Source of the DNA: Eledone cirrhosa
Lineage: Eukaryota
DNA length: 64,000 nucleotides
Assembly: GCA_964016885.1 (NCBI GenBank)
Contig: CAXHJY010001162.1
Coordinates: 1 to 64,000, forward strand
Reading direction: 5' to 3'
Positions within the stretch are counted from its first letter, which is position 1. Every line of letters begins with the position of its first letter. Below the pieces are notes generated by a model. That model searched no databases. It worked only from the letters and a program-made list of their open reading frames with translations, and had not been told where the DNA came from. A program made the position numbers and the translations under genes. Of the stretch, positions 12,924 to 23,706 are shown in pieces.

Positions 12924-13510
12924 TGTCTATACACCATACAAAGAAGATTTTAACAAAGTCTCTCTCACACACTCGCAGATTTCACCCTTAAACGAAACTA
13001 TGCACGTTTGTAAGGAATTGCATAAGAAAATGTAAGACTAGAATTATCTTTATTCACCAGAATGACAACATAGAGATGGACAGCAAACAGTTAGAAATTG
13101 AATATTTAGGATAACTAAACACTCATTTTTTTATGAGGCGGAAATATTTACATATAACCATTGAAACAAGTACAGAGGACATTAATCCTTTGGAAATGTT
13201 GATATCAGCTCTGGAAATATGTTGAAATGATTAATCACTGATATAACCATAGAGTTTCACATCAAGCATATATCAGAGTGTCACTAGAATTCGGCAAACT
13301 TAGACACCAAATGAATATAGACATGACGGTTCGTAAAACAATAAACAAAAATCGTATTGGCTATTTTCACTGAGAAATATTATTACAGAGAACACAGAGG
13401 TATTATTTTTTCCAATGAAAATGATATGAAAAATATAAAATCTATGTATATATATATAGGGAGACACAAAGCAGGCTTTGTTTACAAACGGGTAGCGACT
13501 TTGAAAATAG

Positions 13511-13762
13511 GTAACATGTGCTTACGCCGTATTTGACTAAATAGAATTAGTCTGTTAGTTGGGATTTAAAAAAACCCTCTGAATGGGAAAAAAGGATGAG
13601 TATTGACCAATGTGTTACCATTACACACATTGGTCCGGCAAACCAAAGACGAGGGTTCGTGTTCCATGTATGTCAGTACGCATCCTTTTTTTCTATTCAG
13701 AGGGTTTTTTAAAATCCCAACTAACAGACTATTTAGTCAAATACGGCATAAGCACATGTTAC
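13511..13762. repeat. Inverted repeat with ~95-bp arms and an internal hairpin
   Basis: 13511-13607 is an imperfect reverse complement of 13672-13762; GACCAATGTG..CACATTGGTC hairpin at the start of the spacer. Confidence 0.9.
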
Positions 13763-14446
13763 TACCCAATAAAATCTATATCATAATGATTATACTGGAT
13801 ATTTTGTCCGTCTGTCACACACTAATGCTAGAATCTCACAAAATCATTCTATAATTTTTATTTAGAATTCATTAAATAGAACGTAAAAATATATGAGGAG
13901 GGTGTGAGGAATTATTTCATCCATGCCAGCGGTGTTTTCTGTTTGTCTCTCCCCCACTCTTTCTGTGGATGCCTGTACAATCCACAAATTGCGTTGGTGA
14001 CGAAACCGAATATTACTTGTCCTTCTTCAAACTAATGGGTTATGTACTACTAAAACTAATATCAAAATCGTCAGTGGAGGTCTCGCGAGACAAATAAACT
14101 GACATTGTCCTTAAAGACAACTGAAATAAAATATATACCTTTTTCTTTTATCTGTCATTTGTTACTACTTCTTATTCTCTACACGTATGTATGTATCAAA
14201 TATTGCTTTTCATGTTAGTACTATCTCCACCCCACATCCTTATACAGACACTTACTCACCACCACCACCACCACTATTATCAACTATCGTATTCTGTATT
14301 TATATACTTTTACTTATTTTTATTTCTTTATTTTTTAAAAACTTTTTTTTACTTTTTACATCTGTAACTTCTTTACCTATTTATCATTACATTTTATTAT
14401 TGATGTTATTGTTTTGATTCTACGCTATATCATATGTGAGTTCTCT

Positions 14447-14559
14447 AGTATTCTGAGGATTTGATCAGAGGTAAATACTGTATTGAAGGTCGAGTGACGC
14501 ATCTTCGAGTGATTAGCGGCCTTTAGAATCACCTGATCAATGAAACAATTGTTAATACT
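14447..14559 (+). ncRNA. Type I hammerhead ribozyme motif with extended stem II
   Basis: AGTATT CTGAGGA [TTTGATCAG..CTGATCAAT] GAAA CAATTG T T AATACT, followed by AATAAA. Confidence 0.7.
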
Positions 14560-15031
14560 TGAAATAAAGCCCCTTGAATCTTGCTAAACAAATTCAGAAA
14601 CGAAATATATATACATACATATATATATATATACATACATACACACATACACACACACATATATATATATACATATATTACTATTTATAGTTATGTATAT
14701 AGCATAAACAACTATAAACAGGAAGGTCAGTAATTTTCTATTACCTTATTACCAGTAAGAGAAATAGCTCAATGTATGAACATCAGTTGTTTTACAGAGC
14801 AGGAAAATAAATAAATTATACAATTATCAAAGTTGTGTTCAAATCATTTAATAGCTGACAAAATGATTTAAACAAAATGATTTGAACACAACTTTGAAAA
14901 CTTTGATAATTGTACAATATATATATATATATATTATTTTGATCATGCCTTTATTTTTAAATTTTCTCATTCCTTGTATTTTGATCATGCTTTATTTTTT
15001 ATTTTTTATCTTTATTTGTTATTTTTTCATT

Positions 15032-15228
15032 CGCACCGTTTCCTTTCGCTATATGTATCTCCACCACTCCCCTACACACCTTTTGAACTCTGTCCCACAC
15101 ACTTCTCACCTGAAGAAGGGCTTATGCCCGAAACGTCGTCCCCCACCTACCCCCCCACTCTCCTGAGCGTGAAATTAATAAACATTTATTGTACTGCCTC
15201 TCTGTTTTGTCCCTGTTCAAATTTTTCC

Positions 15229-15230
<2 letters not shown>
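15032..15230 (+). repeat. Penelope-like pseudo-LTR fragment with a minimal hammerhead core (15110-15137)
   Basis: CTGAAGA AGGGC TTAT GCCC GAAACGTC followed by AATAAA; near-identical inverse copy at 45697-45891. Confidence 0.75.
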
Positions 15231-15286
<56 letters not shown>

Positions 15287-15328
15287 ACACAAAATGCATT
15301 ACACCAAACGATATATTATCATTAATAA

Positions 15329-15538
15329 TCTATATATAATATAAAAGAGAGATGTTTATTGGTTGGTTGGTTGCGCGAAAGCTACACACACACTCGCACG
15401 CATACAACACACACACACACACATATACACACATCTAAAGAGAGAGACAGAGAGACACACATACACACACAGAGGGAGAGGGGGAGAGATAGATAGGCCG
15501 TTATATAGAGAGATATACAGTTAAAGTATTAGATATTC

Positions 15539-15589
<51 letters not shown>

Positions 15590-16667
15590 TCCCACAAAAG
15601 TCTTTGATTTTACAGAACAAATAAAAAATTGATACTATTTGAAATTAATCTAGGATGTATATTAAGTTGACTTTTTGAGGATAGTGTCATGTTATTATTA
15701 ACCTAATTCAGATGACACAGTGTCAACATATTCTCCAAGGCTGCTATTTGCATTTATTTCTATTTTTTATATTGCTTTGTATTGTTGTTTTTTTCCCGAT
15801 ATTTCCCAAGAAAATTAATTTCATCATGTCACCAAAACACCGCACATCTTTCTGTACAATGTCCCCCAAACGGTTGAAATCTTCAAACGAAAGAGAAACT
15901 CATGAGCAATATAAAAAAGACTTGGGATAAAGGGACAAGTAAACATTGTGGCGTTCAGCAGAATATGAGATGGGAAACAGAATCATTAAGACAACAAGAA
16001 AGACGATCGCAACTTTCTGAAAGTGTGCAGAACCTGAGACAGGAAACAGAAAGATTGAAGCAAGAAGAAAGACTATCGCAACAAACAGAGGCTCAATATG
16101 AAAGTCACCAAGAGGCAATGAGAGTTGCGTTGAAAACTCGACAAGCACAAAGGACTCTTCAAGGCAGAATAAACTGGCTAAGAGCTGCGTTTTCATATGA
16201 TCCATCGAAGAATTATAGAAATGATCCTAAAGTCGCAATTGGTAGCATGGATATTACACTTGGCATGTGTTGCTTAGGAGGAAAGGTCAGACTTCCACCG
16301 ATAGAGGACCCTCCAGCTTTTATCCATATACTGCTTACAGACCATACTTACAAAGCTAAACAGTTCAGAAGCCATGTTATGCGGTATATTGCTGCATTTC
16401 AGATGACGTCCTTTGGAGCTGAAAAAGATCATACTGACTATGGCTATTTCACAACATTTAAAATCCAAGGCCAGTGCTACCATTTAATTGGCAGTTTACT
16501 CTTCCAACCTAATAAAGAAATTTTATGATTGTTTTTTTTTCATGTCTCTCTCTCTCGCACTCACATTACGATCAAACCTCACACTGTAAACCAGACAACA
16601 CATCCACTACAGTCGTTTTCTCTTTTATTTCTCTGTTCTCCCGTGCGAAGCCGGGTACCTCAGCTAG
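15329..16667 (+). mobile_element. Internally deleted Helitron with both termini and an N-terminal RepHel fragment
   Basis: 5' A|TCTATATATAATATAAAAG; 3' hairpin CCCGTGCGAAGCCGGG then CTAG|T; ORF 15902-16528 contains GMCCLGGKVRLPPIEDPP, AFQMTSFGA and TFKIQGQCYHLIGSL. Confidence 0.9.
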
Positions 16668-17929
16668 TATATTATAAAACACTAAAATTTAAAACTTTCT
16701 TATCGATTACAAACCACAAGCCGGTAAACCTGAGTACAAACATCCAAGGACTAATGCAATTAATACATTGGATTGCAAACATAAAGATTATAATCTTCGT
16801 AACTTAAAAATTAAAAGTTTAGCGAAAGATCCGATTGTTTAGAAAAAAATCAAGCGGCTAACAATTCAGACAATTTTGCAGAATACTTTATCTAATTTTA
16901 AACGCGATTGGACTAATTACTTTAAAAAACCATATCTTAGAAAAAAATCAAGCGGCTAACAATTCGGAAATAAATAGTTATAAAATAAGTATTTAGAAGG
17001 GTGTTTACAGGCATTTTATAGTTCGGACCTTTTATTTAATGCATACAAGTAGAAAAATGAATTAAAATTTCCTTTCTCATGCACAGTTTACAACAAAAGT
17101 TCGAGTGGTAAGACCTTGTTTATACGGTACAGCTTTTTGCAGAATACTTTATCTAATTTTAAACGCGATTGAACTAATTACTTTAAAAAAACCATATCTA
17201 AATGGACAAACGTGTTGAAATTGTTTTTTTTTTTCTGGATAATTGAAAGAATGGATATACTGGTAAAAAACGCGTCTTTCATTAGTTTCCAGTTAATTAT
17301 CTAGCTTACTAAGCTGATGCTTTTGAAATAAAATTACCGTAGTGAGGACAATTATTTGGAGTAATATAATTACAGGTAGGGAATATAATTACAGGTAGTT
17401 TTAATGATGATGAAAAGTATACTTCAATTTACGAGCTTAATTGAGCAAGGAACATTTTTACAGCAAAAATAATTGGCTTTAAACAAATATTTGTTAAATA
17501 TTTTATGATATCCATGAATCGTACGGAAATGAAAAAATAATTAAGTTTAGGGATTCTTTGTCAACAGATGTTCTTAAATTTTAACTGAAAGTTACTTTAT
17601 ACTACAAACCACAATGAGAACACAAAAACTGCGAAGCGTTATTTGAAGGTAATTATTAAAAAAATAGTACAGTGACGGGAAACAGAGAGTAAAAACGAAC
17701 AAAAAAACTTGTCCGGTCGTCTGCTGTCTATTTTGAACATCTACGTAAATCTAACGTCCAAAAGTGCATTGCTTAATCCGAAACGCTGTTGCAGTGTGAA
17801 CTGCTCGGGAGTTGAATAGAAGCACAAAAGAGACGTGCTTTCTCAGTACCACATCTTCGAAGTCTCTGTTTCCTTTTCACTTTAGTTGGCTCGATCTAGA
17901 ATGATCAAAGGTGAGAGAGTAGTGACGCT

Positions 17930-18830
17930 GATTATCGTAAAAGCACTAAAATTTACAAAACATTATTGACTAGGAAATCTAAATTATGCACACAGGATCG
18001 TTGCTTTCCTTCGGCAATGTCCTATCAATGAAGAAAGATGACCAAAACTCCTTCGGTGTGCCGAAGGGAATTAATGATTAATTAGGTATTCATGAAATCA
18101 TAGGTGTCTTTTTCCTACACATATTATGTATGACATTCAACAACTTACAGAGCATCCCAGACGTTGGGCTCAAAATTTCAGGAAATTTGACCGGATGCAA
18201 CATTTTCAAAGAATTAGGCCTAAACATCACAGTAGATGTATATTTTCTTTACATCATTTTAAATTTAGACACTAGCAGTTATCATTTGTTTAGAAAGCTT
18301 AATGAAAAAAACTGCCATACATCAACCATCCACCCTCTATCGTGAAGAACACGGATAACAAACAGTATAAACTTATCAGGTTTCTCTTCAGTTAAAGATT
18401 CGTTCAATAGCACACCTCATCATTATAATGTCGTGTTAAAGCGTAATGAGTCCAAAAAAAAGAAAACGCAGAAAACAGTACTACCAACCCATACATTCGT
18501 AATTCGGTGAATTTAGTTTAATTTCTCAGACAAACATCACTAGAAACTTTCCTTCAATATGTTAGAGACACACTTCCTGGAAACGATAAACACCACAAAC
18601 TATTAAATAAAAGCAACATGCAATTTAATTATAGTTTTACAACAAACTTCGCCACACATTTAATCAATAATAATGTTAGTAATTTATCGTCTCCCCCCAA
18701 TTCAAACCCCTCCTAGCATGCAATTGCATCAACCTGCCAAATGTCCTTTTGATAGTTTGGGTTCCACAAAAGATGTTATTTATTGCATCGATGTTTTTAC
18801 TGATAAAAACTTCTTATCGAGAAGTTACTG
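17930..18830 (+). mobile_element. Degenerate Penelope-like element (RT C-terminus, linker and start of GIY-YIG)
   Basis: IFKELGLNITVD..LNLDTSSYHLFRKLN, an NHPP-like motif, HFPGNDKHHKLLNK, and CNC..PAKCPFD..KDVIYC across frameshifts. Confidence 0.75.
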
Positions 18831-19006
18831 TGATATTGTTATGTTAATATCATTGCATCCATTTTATATGCTTTCACGTCATTGGGTCTATTTAAAATCG
18901 CAACTAGTCGATGTAACAGCTTGGTTATTTAGTTGAATAAAATTCTTATCGTAAAGGATGACGTGCGACTACGACTGTATTTCGATAAACATTGCACGAC
19001 ACGAAA

Positions 19007-21850
19007 ATGGCGTCGCTGGTTAATAAAAACGAACTCGATGACCCAAACTTGACAGTTGTTTGCCTACGATGCTTTACTACTACGACAAGAACGAAAAAGT
19101 TGAATACTAATGATAAAAAATGAATAAATAACTTATATACATTTTTTAAATCTAAATTAGTTATGATGGCCACACGAAACAATGAATTTTAGCAGTTATT
19201 AGATCTCTGATAATGGCATCAGTTCGTTTCCAAAGAAATTTATAATTGTCTAAAGGACCGGATTCTTATCATAACATCAATATCTGACAGATTCTATTCA
19301 ATTATATTCTCATAGATTGCGTGAGTCAGTTCCTTTTCGATTTACGAATTTGATAAAATTGGAACTCAAAAGGCCGTGTGCAGAATATATGATTCAAATG
19401 TGACTCCCACGAGGGGTGCAATCATCCAAGTAACGTGTAAAAGCATTAGAATATCTTTAATCAGGTGATCCGAAGCTTAATGAATACATTGAATTCATTC
19501 ATAGCTTGAAATGATTTCTAAATCTAAGGCAGCTGTAAAAGAAACAGAAAATACGAATGATCCTGAAGAAATCCCTGTATCACATGTTGATAAAAACAAG
19601 TATAAATTCGACTAGAAATGTTGTTTTTGTGGATATAAGATTACACAATTTATCAAATATGGAGAACAGAATCACTCTAAGGAAGTATGTAAATCTACGA
19701 AAAAGTTTAAGGTAATTAAAAAAGAAAGATTCTGAAAGTATTCATGAAAATTGCATAAAAACACTACAATGATTAATTTGAAACTGAATAATTTTAACTT
19801 TAAGATGCAAATTGATACCGGCAGGCTGGTAACTATAATACCCCAAAACATCCGGATGGATTTGAATACATTAACATTGTAATCTCAAACAAAAGCAATT
19901 TGATGGATCAATCTTTGAAATTTTGAAAAGTTAACGCATTAATGGAAATTGATAAGATAATAGAGGCTGTGAATGTTATTGTTGTTGAATTAAAAAAAAT
20001 TAATCATCACTTGCTTTGTATGAATGTGATGATTATTGTTAGTTCAATATTAATTCGTGAGATTGAAGCTCAGGGACAATTTGGGAGATTAAAATGTTTT
20101 AATGTCAGCATTTTCCCCAGAGGAAATACCAAGCCATGTTATTTCGAAGCAAGACTATTACCATTACACATTAGCCCAATAGTCACAACGAAGTGAAACA
20201 ACTAGGTAATGAAGGTCTTTTGAAGAAGCTCCTCCCGAGTGTAGTAAATGACCGAAAGGTGGTGGAGATCTAAGAATATGTGGAGGCTATAAAGCAGGTA
20301 TAAATGCAACACTTTGCTCAGATTCTTATCCAACTCCAAATGCTGAATTGAAATTTAATTCTTTTTCTGACATGAATTATTTTACTAAATTGGATTTTAA
20401 AAGTTATATCATGAGGTAGAAATGTGTACTGAAGTAGAGAGATTACTAGGCTTTTTTAGATGAGTAATTCTTTCACGTGGAATTCAAACAGCCAGCACTA
20501 TATTTTAGCGAGCAATTAATCATGTTTTTTTGGAAATAATATTGTTAATGATATTATTGAAGAAGATGTATGTATTGGTGCTGAAACTCTTAAAAATCTA
20601 CATATCAAGGAATATAAGATCATTAAAATGTTGTAGATATCAGGAATGGTGATCTATTGAACTGTATTAGAGATTGACGAAGTGTCTTTTGGGGAATATA
20701 GACTGACAAAATGGTGTATACCATCAGCTCGTCGTTTAATAGGGAGTATTATCAATGTCAAACCGCTGAAGGGCAAGAAACAATTAGAATAATTTCTGGG
20801 ATTTACTAATTTCTATGAGAAATATATTGATCATATCACCGTTTGTAACCACATGTTGCCACTTCGTAACTTTGTGTTCCATTTCCACGAGGAGTTCAAC
20901 AAAATGCATTTAAAAATATAAAGATAATCGTTTCTACTTTTGGCACACGGCCAGAAATTACCCAGTACATTACTGGTACTTTATTTTATCGACCCTGTAA
21001 GGATGAAAGGCAAAGTTAACCTCGGCGGGATTTGAACTCAGTCCGTAAAGGGACGTAACTCTGCTGCAATGCATGGCGTCCGACCCTCTACCGATACTGC
21101 CAATCAACCACCATATATATATTAAAAATATAAAGATAATGCTAGTGTCAAAGCCAATAATCCTGTTTTTTTTTCACATCGTAAAAGAAGTTTCCTTGAC
21201 TATTGATGTAAGTAGAAATACTACAACAGGAATACTTTCACAAGACGACCATCCTGTATTATAATTGGCAAGAGCAGCAAAACAACATATTCAAATATTG
21301 GACTGGAAGTCTTGCACTCAAAGGGCACAGCATTTTCTGCCAGGTTGAAAATCTAAATTGGTCTAAGATCATAATTCTGTAGAATTTATCTGTAGCAAAA
21401 TTTGTGGCTTACTGAAAGTAACATCTGCGCGTAATTTAAAATGGACCTTAGAGACGATAGCATTTGATTACGAAAAATATGTAAAAGGATCTTTATCAAG
21501 ATCGAATTTTTTAATAATGTTGGTTCAGATGAAAGTGATCAATATGGGGACGTTGTTTTCATCCATCTAGTAGCAACTGATATTATAAAAATGGAGGCTG
21601 CCAATTTTATCCGGTCTATTCTAAACGATTTTTAATAATTGGAGTCATTTTTCTGTTGCTGACAAGTCATTTAAATCGGTGAAAAACAAGCTAGTAGTTG
21701 AAGATTACATCTCGTGTGATGGTGAATTAATTGTTCTACCAACCTGTTTCAGAACATTAATGATAAAATCTCTGCATGGTGATGTAGAATATGGCTCATC
21801 AGCAACAATGAATTGGTTGAAATTAAAAACATAGTGATTAGGTTACTGCA
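19007..21850 (+). mobile_element. Degenerate Ty3/Gypsy LTR retrotransposon internal region
   Basis: PBS-like TGGCGTCG at ~19007; protease MQIDTG (~19805); RT GDLRICGGYK, DSYPTP, FTKLDF; RNase H LTIDVS..GILSQDDHPV; many stops. Confidence 0.75.
20929..21121 (-). mobile_element. SINE family A nested in the Gypsy remnant, with a 19-bp TSD
   Basis: TTAAAAATATAAAGATAAT at 20910-20928 and 21122-21140. Confidence 0.9.
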
Positions 21851-22099
21851 GAACGACATGGGCTAGGATAAAACTGTAATCACCTCGTGTACAGAATATC
21901 ATACACTAAGAAGAAATGATAACGGCATAGCGACAGCTTTACTACGCTTAATAGGTAGACGTACATTTGAGCGCCAGCCAACTCTAACCTCTTTAATTAT
22001 ATTTCAAAGCAATCTTAAAAAAAAAGACATTATTAATATAAAAAAATATGGATAATTGCCATCACATATAAATAAAATGCACAACAGGAGGAACTATAA

Positions 22100-22700
22100 A
22101 GGGATACTATGAAGACACAAATTATAATCTTCCGATGCAAATATCAATATATGCAATGAATAATGTGCACAGTTTAAAGAAACGTGTTACAAAAGTTTTA
22201 CAAAACCGTGTTGGGTGTACATAGAAAGTTACACCAAAAGGTTACAACCAATTTCTTGTTCTTAAGGGATCATCAGAACATGCAGGTCTATGCAGATCTC
22301 CACCTCATCACATATTTCTTGTTACTTCTATGCTCAATGACTACTAGTTAAGGGTCAATGTTACTACCAATAATTATAACTGGGATCCATGTATTTCGCA
22401 GTCCAATATATTGCTGCACCTGCCTATAAGCATATGTGTGACAACTGGACATGTATCGCTTTTGTCCTCGGTCTCGAAGAGTAGGCACATATTCTCATAT
22501 ACTTAACATGATCGAAGGAAATCAGAGTGTTTTGTAGATCGGTCATAGCTTCTTCTAGCTGTTCTTTTGTGAACATATGAATGCCTAATATGATTTTAGT
22601 AACATAGTAATACATTCGCCCTTGCTCGTTCCTAAATATTCCTCGAGCAATAAGATACTGTCTCTTGTAACATATCTCTCCTGTATTTTTTCCTGGAGTC
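22100..22700 (-). mobile_element. Possible decayed LINE ORF1 (gag-like) remnant
   Basis: ORF 22424-22615 followed by Cys/His-rich remnants; family not determined. Confidence 0.3.
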
Positions 22701-22974
22701 CATCTATGTTCAGTAAATGATTTCGGTTGGCTATACTAGCAAAGCCATAACTAAAATTTTGACTTGTGTGTATTAAGGTACACTTTTTAAAAGGTGTCTT
22801 TTTGAGTAACTGTTATTTTCGGTTTTTGTTTGTCTTTCTTAAATTCTGTGTTAACGTTTTTACCATTTTACTTTCAGTGATAGATGCTATCTTTGTTTTA
22901 GCAGGTATCCTCCGCCGCTACCCCTAGGGAAGGAAAGATAAAACCTGCAAATTAACTGGTATAAGTATTCCATC

Positions 22975-23299
22975 AAGGCGACGAATTGGCAGAGTCGTTA
23001 GAACGACGGATGGAATGCTTTATGGTATTCGTTCTGGCTCTCTGAGTTCAAATCCCACTGAGGTCAACTTTGCTTCTCAGCCTTTCGAGGTCGATGAAGA
23101 AAGTACCAGTCTAGTACTGGGGTTGATTCTTCTTCTATATCTCTTTCTCATTTTCTCTCTCTCTCTCTATTTTTCTCTGGAAGAAATCCGCTGGACTCAG
23201 GCCTGGAGAGGGATGGGCTCTGCCAGGCTTAACAAGAAATGCCCAAGAAACGCCGTATGTCAACACAGCGCCCCTACGACTCTATCAGGAGTTACGGGA
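22975..23299 (+). mobile_element. SINE A-related subfamily with the alternative tail
   Basis: Similar to 8054-8380. Confidence 0.85.
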
Positions 23300-23544
23300 C
23301 CACACTTACATACATAGAAGTGTTCCATCAGATAAAAACATGCAGTAAAATAATTTGAAAAGTACAAAGGCCTAAAGAGAGATTTAGAAGATGTGGCACC
23401 TTAAAACGAAAACAATCCCACTCATTAAGGGTTCATGGTTATGACAGGAAAAGGATATGAGAAACATTCTAAGATCCATCTCTTCAGGAAATTAATAAAA
23501 AAAAAACTAGTATTGACTACCACTGCACACATACTACGAAAATG

Positions 23545-23706
23545 TCTTCTTCTTCTTCTTCTTCTTCTTCTTCTTCTTCTTCTTCTTCTTCTTCTTCTTC
23601 TTCTTCTTCTTCTTCTTCTTCTTCTTCTTCTTCTTCTTCTTCTTCTTCTTCTTCTTCTTCTTCTTCTTCTTCTTCTTCTTCTTCTTCTTCTTCTTCTTCT
23701 TCTTCT
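23545..23706. repeat. Pure (TCT)n run of about 54 units, the (GAA)n tail of the adjacent RTE element
   Basis: Uninterrupted 162-bp run abutting the RTE 3' end. Confidence 0.95.
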
